Notes under the pieces: model-generated
The model's input: only the letters and a program-made list of their open reading frames with translations
What the model was told of the DNA's origin: nothing
Database searches by the model: none
Part shown: positions 45,215-60,426 of the stretch, in pieces
How the letters are laid out: each line of letters starts with the position of its first letter
How positions within the stretch are numbered: position 1 is the first letter of the stretch
Program-made: the position numbers and the translations under genes
Assembly: GCA_951406725.2 (NCBI GenBank)
Contig: OX597840.1
Span: forward strand, 16,616,001-16,680,000
Length of the DNA: 64,000 nt
Direction of reading: 5' to 3'
From: Octopus vulgaris
Taxonomy: Eukaryota

Positions 45215-45790
45215 TCCCTGATTCAGTACCAGACAGTGGCTCTCATGGCTTCTGATCTTAGCTGATTGGAAGTGTTATCATGTACATTGTTTTGTCTTCG
45301 TATAAAATGATGGGCTACAGTAAATATTGTGCTCAATACTACAGATTTTCTTGTCACTTGTTTGACCTTAACCAGTTGAGCATGTCCCTTAGTGGCTGAT
45401 GATATGTGCATCTCTGATCACGAGCAGAAGTAGTGGGGGAGCATCATAGCTGTGTGTTGAAAGGAATTCTTGGAGGTTTGGATAATTCCCCTTTGGAAAC
45501 ATGGTCGTTTCGTTCAACATCCTTAAACAATCCTTATTCAGTGACCTTTTGAGCAGGATGGGTTGCTCGACCAGAAGAAAATTCTAACTGGGCCCCACCT
45601 GCAAGGTCATGTGCTGTTTATCTTGATATGAGATCACCATGTCGTGCACATATGGTTGTGATGCATGTGCCTGGTGTGTACCCTTATCAGACGGGTAGTC
45701 ACGATGGGTATACTGGGCTTCGTATATTTTAACCCAGTGTCACTTTGATGGCATGCACCGCTCTCTCACTCAATAATAATAATAATGTTG

Positions 45791-45861
<71 letters not shown>

Positions 45862-45862
45862 T

Positions 45863-45896
<34 letters not shown>

Positions 45897-46204
45897 TAAT
45901 AATAATTATAATAAGAATAATTCACCTCTGGAAACATGGGTGGTTCGTTCAACATCCTTAAACAACCCTGATTCAGGGACCTTTTGAGCGAGATGGCTTA
46001 CTCGACCAGAAGAAAATTCTAACTGGGCCCCACCTGCAAGGTCATGCGCTGTTTATCTTGACATGAGATCACCATGTTGCGCACATATGGTTATGATGCA
46101 TGTGCCTGGTGTACCCTTATCAGTTGGGTAGTCATGATGGGTATACTGGGCTTCGTATATTTTACCCTAGTGTTACTTTGATGGCATGCACTGCTCTCTC
46201 ACTC

Positions 46205-46205
<1 letters not shown>
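45215..46205 (+). repeat. Non-coding interspersed element in (TAA)n, full copy plus partial tandem copy
   Basis: 45490-45772 repeated at 45925-46205; older copy near 21040-21235. Confidence 0.85.
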
Positions 46206-46239
<34 letters not shown>

Positions 46240-46241
<2 letters not shown>

Positions 46242-46940
46242 TTTAATTTTGGCACATGACCAGCAATTTTGAGAGAAGGGGATTAGCCGATACCCTTGAC
46301 TCCAGTACTGTACTGGCATTCTATTTTAACGACTTCGGAAGGATGAAATGCAAATTAGAGCTCAGCAGGATTTGAACTTAGACTCTAAAGAATCGATGTC
46401 AATATCACAAGGCATTTTGCCTGAAGTTCTATGAATTCTGTCTTGAAACAGTTTCTGATTTAGACACAGGAACAGTAATTTGCACCAGCCGTGGGTTAAT
46501 TGATTGGTACATTATTCCATGAGCCCTGGAAGGATGAAAGGTAAATTTTACCCTGGTGCAATTTGTACTCAGAACGTAAAGAGTCAGGATAAATACCGCA
46601 AGGTATTTTGGTCGATGCTCTAACGATTCTGCCAATCCATTACTAATACTAATAATTTTACGTTCCGATTTCAAATGCAGCCGGGTCTCGGCTTTGCCTT
46701 TTATCCTTTCAGGGGTCGATAAAATAAGTAATTGACTAGCCCTTGGCCAAAATTGCTAACTTTTCGCCCAAATTTAAAACCAATACAGTCGAACGAATAG
46801 AGCCCAGCGCATGACTGGTATGGTTGTCTAAAAGGGTAAGATACTAAGTTAATCAAGGAAACTTTAAAAAATACAGGCGGTGCTCCGGCATGGTCACAGT
46901 TAAATGACTGAAACAAGTAAAAGAGTAAAAGAGTAAAAGA
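46240..46940. mobile_element. Cluster of decayed SINE C and B fragments
   Basis: ggaaggatgaaa / ttttatcctttcaggggtcgat cores; B tail at 46875-46940. Confidence 0.65.
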
Positions 46941-47228
46941 GAGGGGGGTAAAACTAAATTTAGTTGAGCATCTAGTTTAGTGCTCCGCCGCTTAGTCTCA
47001 TTTAAACACGAGGGAGCTTCTTGTAGGTTACTCTTTTTGTTAGAAATAGCAGTCAACCCTTGTAATTCACATCCTACAATCATCAAATAAAATACGTATT
47101 GGATAATGTGTAACCTATGGTAAGTTGAAGTCCAAAATCTAAACAGTACCTTTGATCATAGATCTGATCGCTCTGAGATGAACAGAGGCTAAACAACAAC
47201 AAAAATAGCAACAACAACAGCAGCAGCG

Positions 47229-47770
47229 TGGAGGCGCAATGGCCCAGTGGTTAGGACAGCGGACTCGCGGTCGTAAGAACGCGGTTTAGATTCCCAGACC
47301 GGGCATTGTGTGTGTTTATTGAGTAAAAACACCTAAGCTCCACGAGGCTCCAGCAGGGGGAGTGGTGAACCCCGCTGTACTCTTTCACCACAACTTTTTC
47401 GTACTCTTTCTTCCTACTTCTGCCACAAAGCAGAGGAACCTTGGTGTAACCCACTATGGGGTGGTAAACTTTCAGACCCTAGTCTAGATTACGAATCCTC
47501 TGTACCCAAGGATGGTTCAGCTCTCCACCCGTTAAAAGCCACCGTTTACGGAATGAGGATAACAACGTAGCTTTCGCGCCCGTACAACCGCCAGTCTATC
47601 GTGTGTGGTGGGTGGATCTTCAAGTTGCCACACGCATTCTTAGTAGCTTAGAGTAGGCTTGAATTAGAGATTATTCTTTGTGGCTAATGGCGTGAGTCCT
47701 GACTGGAAGAAGAAGAAGAAGAAGAAGAAGAAGAAGAAGAAGAAGAAGAAGAAGAAGAAGAAGAAGAAGA
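47229..47770 (+). mobile_element. SINE family A with long tail ending (GAA)n
   Basis: ggaggcgcaatggcccagtggttagg head; tail shared with 8210-8485. Confidence 0.85.
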
Positions 47771-48185
47771 CGACAACAACGACAACAATAACAACAACAA
47801 CAACAACAACAGTAACAATAATAATTACAGGTTCAACAACAGCATAGACAACAGCAACGACGACAACTAACGTAATATGATTCATTCACGCAAAAGAGCA
47901 GAAAGTACGCCATTTTAACTGAGTAACATTTACACCCGCTGAAACAAAATGGCCGACTCAGGTTCGGTTATAAATGGCGACGAACGGAATATGTGTTTCA
48001 ATAGATTTAATGTAAAGATTGAAATATAAGAAGTAAAATACCAAAGTGATGAAGAGAATTAAAGAGATGTCTCTTAGGCTATTAATAAAAGGCAGAGAAA
48101 CAGTCCGGGTATTATTGCATCAATAGATATAAACAGCATGCGGCGAATTAATAAGATGAATGTTACAACGACAACGACGACGACA

Positions 48186-48295
<110 letters not shown>

Positions 48296-49059
48296 TAATA
48301 ATAGTGACAATAAATGCACCTGTGGCCTCGCGGAAACTGCTAAAGTAATCATAGTTTGTGTTTCATTTAAAAGATATCTTTAATCTAAAATGGATGGCGA
48401 GGCAAATACAATTGTTAACTTGAATATTTACAGAAGATGAGATCTAAGTTTGCTGCACAAAGATAACGCGTGCATTGATAAGTAGAGTTGTTGGATTGAT
48501 GTGTGAAAAGTTAGGAAGGTACGTAGCCTTGCTAGATTGCTTGTGGGCTAGCTAGACAGAAAATGAGAAACACACATACATACATACATACGTGCATAAA
48601 GCAACAAAAACACGCACATAAAAACACACACACACATACACAAATATGTATTTGTGTGTGTGCATGTATGCATACATCTACCACATTTATATCCGAGAGA
48701 AAGAAAGAAAATGGAATTCATAAAATTCTTTATTAATGACTACGATCGTTTCGACACATCGCGCATCGGTGACTCGCAGGTGAGATTCTGTACACATATT
48801 TGTGGTGCATCATCCAGTACATATGAGCCACGTCAGGTGACTTGTCAAAAGGTACCTCGTTCTATAATCTCCATTCCACTTGTTTCAATTTGAATACATC
48901 GTAGTATTTGCCTCAAGCACACAGAAGAAAACATGAGTTGGTATGTAGAACAGTCCTGTTATTAAGAAAGCGGTACCTTTTAAACGTAAGAATGGACGTA
49001 ATATCGCTAAGCATTTCCCCTGGCCTGCTAACAATTCGGCCAGCTCATCACCTCAATCC

Positions 49060-49504
49060 GTTCTACTGTAGGCACAAAGCCTGAAGTTTGAGGGAAGGGG
49101 CTAAGTCGATTACATCAACCCCAGTGCTTAACTGTACTTATTTTTATCAATCCCGAAAGGATGAAAGACAAAGCTGACCTCGGCGGAATTTGATCTCAGA
49201 ACATAAGGGCGGATGAAATGACGCTAAGCATTTTGTCCGGCGTGCAAACGATTCAGCCAGCTCGCCGCCTTCTTAATAATAATACTCTCTTTTCTCTTTT
49301 ACTTGATTCAGTCATGTGACTGCGGCCATGCTGGAGCACCGCCTTTAGTCAAGCAAATCGATCCCCAGGACTTATTCTTTGTAAGCCTAGTACTAATTCT
49401 ATCGGTCTCTTTCACCGAACCGCTAAGTTACGGGGACGTAAACACACCAGCATCGGTTGTCAAGCGATGTTGGGGTGGAGACAAAGACACACAAACATAT
49501 ATAC

Positions 49505-49571
<67 letters not shown>

Positions 49572-49734
49572 TATATATGACGGGCTTGTTTCAGTTTTCG
49601 TCTACCAAATCCACTCACAAGGCTTTGGTCGGCCCGAGGCTATAGTAGTAGACACTTGCCCAAGGTGTTACGCAGTGGAACTGAACCCGGAACCACGTGG
49701 TTCGTAAGCAAGCTACTTACCACACAACCACTCC

Positions 49735-49735
<1 letters not shown>
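49060..49735 (-). mobile_element. SINE C (49060-49270) and full-length SINE B (49285-49735)
   Basis: Homology to other copies. Confidence 0.85.
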
Positions 49736-49789
<54 letters not shown>

Positions 49790-50380
49790 TTCTAATATTT
49801 GCACAACAGCTGCAACTTTGAGAGGAGGGGCTTAGCCGATACCCTTGTATTTTACTTTTATTCCATTTTAACGACTTCGGAAGGATGAAAAGCAAATTAA
49901 GGTTAGCGTACAAACGTACATACAGACAGACAGACATGTCTTATCTTTTAACCTTTTACTTGTTTCAGTCAACTGACAGCAACTAGTGATGACAGTGACT
50001 ATAGATATTCAATGGGCTTCTTTCAGTTTCCGTTGACCAAATCCATTTACAAGGCTTTGGTAGACCAGGAGCTATAGTATGAAAAACTTGGGAAGGTGCC
50101 TCGCTGTGGAACTGAACATGGATCAATGTGTGTGTGTGTGTGTATAAATATTGGTATAGTTTCCCCATGCCTGTGCTGGTTTATTAGTGAAAGTTTGAAT
50201 AGAAACACAATAGAAATTTAACGATATAGAAGTTTCAGTGGCAAGATAATTTGTTTGCGAAATATACGGTGTTATTTTAATTATGTATCTTATGATAATA
50301 ACGTACATCGACTGGATATAGATGTCTGTGTGCTTGCATGTACGCATTTTTATGGATATATGAGTAGATCTGTATGTAAG

Positions 50381-50418
<38 letters not shown>

Positions 50419-51143
50419 CTGGTATCTCTTATGTTGTGATTTGTCTGTGTATGTGCGTGTGGGCGCACGTTTGCAAGTGTACGTGTGTGGATGTTTCTTA
50501 ACAAACCAACCGTAAAGAAGACAATTGTAATTTAAATTTAAATGTACAAGCCAATCATATTTTAGCGCTAGATTCGTAACTATTTCTGAACATAATACTG
50601 TATTTGTGTCACAATTGAAATTATTAATTTACACTCGTATGTACATCCGTGCACCTGTGGATCTTAATGTCATGTAAACCGAATGCTTTTATTTCTTATT
50701 TTGTATGTATATACAGATATTTAATGCTTTGCATGGTACTGTAGTACTATTGTGGTCCTTAGTTTGGCTATTATATTGCTAATAATGGGATCTATATATT
50801 GTTTTGCTAGTATTAGTGTTATTAATAATAAGAATAATGATATTGGTAGCATTAGTGGTAATGATAATGGTAATGATGTTAACATTAATGACATTTTGTA
50901 AATTAATATAGATTAATATAATGTATTCTTGACTCTGTATATCTGCATTTGGGTATTGATATGTGTATGTTTTCTACATTGTAATATCATAATATTAAGT
51001 TGAAAAACTGTAACATTGAATATGGAACATATGTATGTTTATTGATTTATATTATTTATATTATTATGTATATGTATATGATTTATTATGGGTATGTACC
51101 CACACTTATATGAGTGTATATGTAATTTGGTTTGTATTTCATA

Positions 51144-51270
51144 ATCTCCGAAGAGGCCTTAGGATATTTTTGTAAATGTCTCATTTATAACTACATATTG
51201 ACCTATAACACATGGCTAATATAAGTAAAATGAGACATACTTATCTGCATGGCCGAAACAGCTGTAAGAT
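51144..51270 (+). ncRNA. Type I hammerhead motif, U4C variant, long stem II insert
   Basis: atct-CCGAAGA-ggcc..ggcc-GAAA-cagctg-TA-agat. Confidence 0.7.
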
Positions 51271-51672
51271 GTAGTTTATATTTATATTTATATTTATTTA
51301 TATTTATATTCTCTTATACATATTGTACTTATTGTATTATATTATTCCTTTATGTACACTCCTTTATGTACACTGTTTTGTTCTATATTATTATGTTTGA
51401 CCTTAAAGTTTCTTATGTGGTGGTTTAATAAAGTATGTGATTGGGTATTATCTGGTAGTTGATATTTGATTTAGATGTATTTCTCCATTTTCTTATTTTG
51501 TATTATTAATTTGTGGCAAAACATTTTACCTTTGCCCATATAATACAGTAAATGAATTAATTGCATCGCAATTCTTAACATTTATGTATTAACTTTGTTG
51601 GGTACTACACTAGCAGTATATTGGATATATGTTATCCCATGGAGGATTGCATTTACAACTCCTATATCAATT

Positions 51673-53127
<1,455 letters not shown>

Positions 53128-53529
53128 TATAAGTGTGTGTGTGTATTTTCAATGTTTACAAATAACACGACAAGAATAAATAAATAGCTTACCAGGGTAG
53201 CAAAAAATTCCCATAAGTACCAAGGATGTTACAGCCTACTTATAAAGGTAGAAATTCCAGGTTTTAGTGAAATGATTTTGATTAATATAGATAAATAAAT
53301 GAATAAATGGAGTTAAACGCAGGTGTTATTCAAATCTTTATACTTCCGACATATTTTTCGAAGAAAACATTGGTATTATTCCAGAAGTAATAAAATGATG
53401 TAAAACTTTTGATTATATTTAAAACTATTCATTTTTTTACACTTTTTGTTTTTCCTTTTTCTTTAATTAAAATAAATTAAATTAAACACTTACTCGGCAG
53501 CCTTAAAGGCCCAGCAACTATTTTTTCCG

Positions 53530-54090
53530 TCCTTTCATTGATGATCAAGCCAGGTTACTAACACCCACCTTTCTCATCACATCCTTCCAACGTTTCACAT
53601 ACTCTCTTTGTGGCAGGGTCTTCCTTTCCAGCCCCATCTTGCTCTTCAGATGATATCTGAAGTAAGATAACAAACCGGGGACAGGGGTAAAGGGCCCTGT
53701 CACGAAACCTTCCATTCTAGTTCTCCATACACACTCTTTCAATACTGTCACCGTACAGTAAAAACAAGCCTCACCGTCCAGTTGGCGGTATCATCTTTAT
53801 TATAGATCCAGCCGACAGCTGTACTCGTCCTAGATGCGACAATACGTGTTCTACATAACTTATCAAGCTTGACAACTCCCGACATGTTACAAGAGCGTGC
53901 TGGACGGTTTCATTGTCCAGACTACATCTTGGACGCGTCGGTAGCACTAACATTCCGTGCCTAGATAACTTATCGCGAACAGGTAGAGCGTTCCTATAGC
54001 CCTGCCAAGTCAGGGATTTTGGGTAATTGTCCAAATACCCCGGCCTGAAAGTCTTCTTAAACAGGTTGGTGAGTTGATTCTCGTCGAACC
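53530..54090 (-). mobile_element. L1/Tx1-like LINE 3' fragment
   Basis: LTWQGYRNALPVRDKL..RPRC..ETVQHALVTC (zf-RVT-like), ECVWRTR, YVKRW. Confidence 0.75.
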
Positions 54091-54091
54091 T

Positions 54092-54564
54092 TCACCTAAC
54101 ACCTAGGGTTAAACTTAACTCGCCTTGTCTGCTTACTGTAGAAATCATACGCTGATTTCCTAAATGGTAAAAGTGAAAATTATAAATAATAAGGGTCGCT
54201 TGTTCACAATTTATATTTACAACTGAAAGGCAGAAATATATACGTCGCTAAAGTGGCTGAGGGCACTAATCAGCACCAGTATTGCTAGAAATAAGAGTTA
54301 AAACAAGGGAGGCAAGCTCACTCAGCGCCTAGGCAAAGCCAGATCACAGTGATTTAACTCTTATTTCTAGCAATACTGGTGCTGACTAGTACCCTCAGCC
54401 ACTTTAGTGACGTATACATTTCTAACTTTCCATTGTAAAATTGTGAACAAGCCACCCTCATTATTTATAATTTTTTTTTACCGTTTAAGAAATCAGTGTC
54501 TGATTTCTGCGATAATCTTATAAACTGACAAGGCGAGTTGAGTTTAACCCAGAGGGTTAGGTGA
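54092..54564. repeat. Diverged fold-back repeat (~210 bp arms), related to 29759-30213
   Basis: 54092-54302 versus 54353-54564; shares gttgagtttaaccc and cactttagtgacgt. Confidence 0.88.
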
Positions 54565-54601
54565 TAGTCACTGACATGGATTAATATAAAGGCGAAATCA
54601 C

Positions 54602-54645
<44 letters not shown>

Positions 54646-54729
54646 TATAAGATCGATATTTAAATACCGATCTTATCAGGTGGCCGGAATGGTAATAAAA
54701 ACCTTTCAAAGATAATAATTATTTTATAT

Positions 54730-54901
54730 TATAATTTAGGGTATCTAAGAGATACCACAACGCTGGAAATAGCAGTCAAAACTTGACTCTAAAACCACAT
54801 TAAATATTCATACAGCTGTATTAACATTTTATGTGGTTTTAGAGTCAAGTTTTGACTGCTATTTCCAGCGTGGTGGTATCTCTTCGATACCCTAAATTAT
54901 A
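54730..54901. repeat. Fold-back repeat (~70 bp arms), family of 3678-3970
   Basis: ataatttagggtatc..aaaaccacat versus atgtggtttt..gataccctaaattat. Confidence 0.88.
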
Positions 54902-54924
54902 CATACATACATTACATACATACA

Positions 54925-54989
<65 letters not shown>

Positions 54990-54992
<3 letters not shown>

Positions 54993-55381
54993 TAGCTCGA
55001 AGCCTTAAGGATGCAGTGAACATCAGCCTATTTAGAAATGAGAGCTAAGTCTCAATTCAACCGCCAGAAGGCACCAAAATAATAAAAAAAAACAGTATGC
55101 GAGGAAACGAACAAAGAATTAAAAAGCATACCTATAAAGATTATGCCGTTCAGATGCTCATATACTATGGTTCGGGTAGGATTTTTTGCCATACTGAGGA
55201 AGGTTAAGGCCCTCGGGCCAATACCCGAAATCTTGGTATATGAGCATCTGAGCAGCATAATCCTTATAGGTATGATTTTTAATTCTTTGTCCGTTTCCTC
55301 GCATACTGTTATTTTTTAAAATTATTTTGGTGCCTTCTGGTTGTTGAAATGAGACTGCATCCTTAAGGCTTCGTTCTAATT
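54990..55381. repeat. Fold-back repeat (~160 bp arms) with hammerhead at the turn
   Basis: 54990-55178 versus 55221-55381. Confidence 0.9.
55190..55242 (+). ncRNA. Type I hammerhead motif (degenerate stem II base)
   Basis: cata-CTGAGGA-aggt..ggccc(tc)gggcc..accc-GAAA-tcttgg-TA-tatg. Confidence 0.62.
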
Positions 55382-55521
55382 TCATATTTTACAGCTTATA
55401 ATGCTATTAAACCTGTGAACCGCCCATGTTAACGCTGTTAATATCAATTAAGAATATTTGCCAAATATGGTATTAACAATAGTAACGTCTTATTTCGAAT
55501 GTAAACATTCGAGTGTTTTTA

Positions 55522-55595
<74 letters not shown>

Positions 55596-55619
55596 TTCAC
55601 ACACGCATGCATGTATATA

Positions 55620-56133
55620 ATTGAGAGGAAAAGCAAAGCCTGGGTGGCATGTCACAGTTTGAGATCTGTATTTAAGTCGGACCTTTGTAAAGATCTGAAG
55701 ATCCGTCTCTTTGTTGCTGCAATGGAGCCTGTGCTGTTGTGCGGGACTTGGGACACTGACCAAGAAACTAACTCAGATGGTGGATGGGTGCTACACGAGA
55801 ATGCTGAGGATGGTTCTGAACATTAATCAGTAAACACTGAAGATGAAGAACTCAAAGCTGTACGAGAGCCTCCCAAAAGTTAGATCGAAAATAACACAGC
55901 AGGGACTGAGGTTGGATGGATATGCTCACCATCATTGAGAGTTGATACTGCACTCGGTGATCCTGTGAGATCCTCTACACGGATACAGAAGAAGAAGGAG
56001 ACCAAGGATGACATATGTTGATGCTCTAAGGACAGACACTGGTCCCTGGGAGACAAAGGACATGGCAGCGATGATAAGGGACAAAGACCGCTGGAGAAAA
56101 CTCGTCCAAGGATCTCGGGAATTTTACCTGTCC
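55620..56133 (+). mobile_element. RTE-like LINE 3' fragment
   Basis: KAWVAC..LKIRLF.A..EPVLLCG, TWTLTK, DGCYTRMLR, LYESLPKV. Confidence 0.8.
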
Positions 56134-56134
56134 T

Positions 56135-56161
56135 ATATAGATAGATAGATAGATAGATAGA

Positions 56162-56195
<34 letters not shown>

Positions 56196-56317
56196 CATAC
56201 ATATATACATACATACATACATACATACACACATACATACATATATACATACATATATACATACATACATACATACATACATACACACATACATACATAT
56301 ATACATACATATATACA

Positions 56318-56383
<66 letters not shown>

Positions 56384-56497
56384 CATACATACACACATAC
56401 ATACATACACACACACATACATACATATATACATACATACATATATACATACATATATACATATATACATACATATATACATACATACATACATACA

Positions 56498-56531
<34 letters not shown>

Positions 56532-56545
56532 CATACATACATACA

Positions 56546-56581
<36 letters not shown>

Positions 56582-56585
56582 TATA

Positions 56586-56619
<34 letters not shown>

Positions 56620-56803
56620 CATACATACATACATACATACATTCATACATACATACGTACATACATACATACATACATACATACATACATACATACACAC
56701 ATACATACACACACACATACATACATACATACATACACACATACATACACACGTACATACATACGTACATACATACATATATACATACATACATACATAC
56801 ATG

Positions 56804-56835
<32 letters not shown>

Positions 56836-56884
56836 CATACATACATATATGCATATATACATATATACATACATACATACATAC

Positions 56885-56939
<55 letters not shown>

Positions 56940-57000
56940 CATACATACATATATGCATATATACATATATACATACATACATACATACATACATACACAC
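56135..57000. repeat. (CATA)n microsatellite, ~850 bp
   Basis: Direct reading. Confidence 0.97.
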
Positions 57001-57351
57001 CGGCCTCTGTCAGCTTCTGACCATTTGATCCACTTAGAGGGCCTTGGCTGACCAGGGACTATAATGGAAGACAGTTATCCAAAATGCCGCGCAATAAGAC
57101 TGAGCACGGAACCATGAGGTTGAGAAGCAGACTTCTTACCACACAGCTACACTTGCAACACCAACAGCAGCAACAACAACAACAACAACAGCAGCACAAG
57201 ATTTGGGCTGATCGGGGAACTTCGCCCGATCTGCTACAGACAGAAGCCAAATGGTTCATAAATCTTACTTTATTGTCTTAAAAAAAAGGAAAAAAATGGT
57301 AAAAAGGGAATAACGTTGTCTGAAATGAAGTCGATTAAATGAGGGAAAGAA

Positions 57352-57415
57352 CATCATCATCATCATCATCGTCATCATCATCATCATCATCATCGTCATC
57401 ATCATCGTCATCATC

Positions 57416-57454
<39 letters not shown>

Positions 57455-57475
57455 GTCATCATCATCTTCATCATC

Positions 57476-57538
<63 letters not shown>

Positions 57539-57548
57539 TTCATCATCG

Positions 57549-57604
<56 letters not shown>

Positions 57605-57605
57605 G

Positions 57606-57640
<35 letters not shown>

Positions 57641-57671
57641 GTCATCCTCCTCCTCCTCCTCCTCCTCCTCC

Positions 57672-57715
<44 letters not shown>

Positions 57716-57716
57716 G

Positions 57717-57751
<35 letters not shown>

Positions 57752-57773
57752 GTCATCATCATCATCATCATCG

Positions 57774-57823
<50 letters not shown>

Positions 57824-57893
57824 GTCATCCTCCTCCTCCTCCTCCTCCTCCTCATCATCATCATCATCGTCATCATCATGCTCATCATCATCG

Positions 57894-57931
<38 letters not shown>

Positions 57932-57998
57932 GTCATCATCATCCTCATCATCATCGTCATCCTCCTCCTCCTCCTCCTCCTCCTCCTCCTCCTCCTCC

Positions 57999-58084
<86 letters not shown>

Positions 58085-58300
58085 AGCAGCACCATTATTA
58101 TTAGTAGTAGAAGCAGACAACAAAAACAATAGCATGATGATGATGATGATGATGATCATCATCATCATCATCATCGACGTCAATAACAACAATAAAAGCA
58201 ACAGGAACAGCAGCAGTAGCATCCTCCTCCTCCTCCTCCTCCTCGTCGTCGTCGTTGTCACTATCATCAGCAATAACAACGACAACAACAACAACCGCAA
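57352..58300. repeat. (CAT)n array with interspersed (CCT)n and CGT variants
   Basis: Direct reading. Confidence 0.97.
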
Positions 58301-58538
58301 TAACGACACAGCTGACGTCCCTTACCCCCCCCCCTTACCCGCCCCCTCCGTTAATCAGTCGCCATGGTGTTGTTACTCCCACTCAAAACATAACCACGAA
58401 ACCAATACCGTTTACGTGGTTATCTCGTGGTATATCGATTTAGTATCGGATTCGATGGACAACCATTAGCAAAACTGCACATACATACATGCATGCATGC
58501 ACACACACACACACATACATACATACACACATAAATAA

Positions 58539-58579
<41 letters not shown>

Positions 58580-58655
58580 TGTATACGTACACATACGCAC
58601 ATATACGTATAGACAACATTCACTGTGCCAAATTTTAAATAAAAGATTGCATATA

Positions 58656-59945
58656 CGAGGGGCGTTCAATAAGTAATGCCCCTGATCAACTTCCCATAGC
58701 AGTAGAGAAACGAAACTTGGCACAGGTATTAGTTTTTTTCTAGATAGGAACAACCCAGAGTTACGCATTTCTACCATCGTTTGATGCAGCTCTGGAGACC
58801 GTTTTCGTAGAAGACCCCAGCTTGGTCCTCCAACCACGACGTGACTTCAGAAATCAAGGCTGCATCATCTGGGAAACGCTTTCCTTTCAAAAACAACTTC
58901 ATGGCTGGGAAGAGGTGAAAATCAGGGGGTGCAAGGTCAGGAGAGTAGGGGGGATGGGGGAGGAGTTCATAGCCGCACGCCTGTGCTTCTGATCTGGCGA
59001 CACGCGAGTTGTGGACCGGAGCGTTGTCCTGCAGCAGGAGGATGCCTTTGCTGATCTTGCCTCGCCTCTTAGTTTTGATAGCTTCTCTTAATTTCCTCAA
59101 AAGTGAAGCATAATAGGCTCCTGCAATTGTGGTACCCTTTGCCAGGAAATCTGTCATCACTACTCCGTCCTGGTCCCAGAAGACTGTGAGCATGACCTTG
59201 CCAGCGGAGGGCTGCACCCTTGCCTTCTTTGGAGGAGGTGAGTCATGGCGCTTCCACTGCATTGACTGGGCTTTGGTCTCTGGATCATAGTGATGGACCC
59301 AGGTCTCATCCTGCTTAATCAGTCTTTTGAAAAATTTTGACTCATCTTCTTGGCACATCCCTAAATTCATCCTCGAGCACTCGACGCGTTCTTGCTTCTG
59401 GAAAAGTGTGAGCAACCTGGGAATTCATCTGGCAGACACCTTTTGCATATGCAAATGGTCATGAATGATAGTTTCCACAGACCCGGTACTAATCTTGACC
59501 CCATGGGCTATTTGGCGAATAGTTATGCGTCGATCTTTCAAAATGGCAGCCTCAACTTGACGGACAGATGCCTCATCAATGGCAGAAGGGGCGACCAGAT
59601 CTGGGAGCTGTTTCCACAGAGTTCCGATCATGTTTGAATTCACGATGCCAGCGTTTTACAAGGTCATATGATGGGGCATCATCACCATAAGTTACTTTCA
59701 TTTCATCAAAAGTCTCCTGTGGTGTGCGTCATTTCAAATACAAACCCGGATCACTGCTCGACACTCAACAGGCTCCATTTCCCACTTGACTCATTTCAAA
59801 CACCTGTAAATCAAAAACCACAATTAGTTCGGAGCTGTAATTTGCCACGAAATTTATAGAAATATAAATAATTGCACATGCAAAATTTCAGCTAGATCAA
59901 ACAACTGCAAGTGGGTCAGAGGCATTACTTATTGAACGCCCCTCG
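58656..59945 (-). mobile_element. Full-length mariner transposon (irritans-like), transposase pseudogene about 58729-59778
   Basis: TIRs cgaggggcgttcaataagtaatgcc at both ends with TA flanks; QDETWVHHYDPE, QDNAPVH, YSPDLAPPDFHLF; a few frameshifts and a premature stop. Confidence 0.96.
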
Positions 59946-59985
59946 TAAATACATGCATGCATACATACATACACACACATATATT

Positions 59986-60021
<36 letters not shown>

Positions 60022-60149
60022 CTTATATACATATACACATAAACACGCGCGCGCACACACACACACACACATATTGGGCGCGTAAGGTTTTTGAAGACAT
60101 CTCTTTCAAGGGTTCTAACTTTTACACAACTTACACTTTTTTCCCGGTA

Positions 60150-60320
60150 AATGTTAGACGCCAGGTTGACTCAACATTTGAAAAAGCAAGCAGTGACCGT
60201 TGCCTTATAAAGTGTTGAAGGAAGTTGTGAGGCTCTGGATAAAAGATTACGCATCGGAAGATCGTTTGTCTTACAACAAGACTCTGGCTTGTCTGGTAAG
60301 GGCTATTTCGCTTCCTGAAA
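60150..60320 (+). mobile_element. Short maT/DD37D-like transposase relic
   Basis: YKVLKEVVRLWI then FVLQQDS in a shifted frame. Confidence 0.45.
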
Positions 60321-60426
60321 GTTGCCCGACACCCGTTGTTAAAGTTCGAAAGAAGCTGGACACTGCTAACGGGATTGAACATCAGCAGCTTAACGCAAAA
60401 TGCATATAATATAATATATACATATA

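Noticed and set aside
45390-45435. CTGATGA in the TAA-flanked element as a hammerhead
   Set aside because: No GAAA, no convincing stems, and the motif is not kept in the 21 kb copy.
57335-58469. 324-376 aa poly-Asp and poly-Ser ORFs resembling acidic biomineral proteins
   Set aside because: (CAT)n array is open in several frames on both strands with no synonymous-codon pattern or credible unique flanks.
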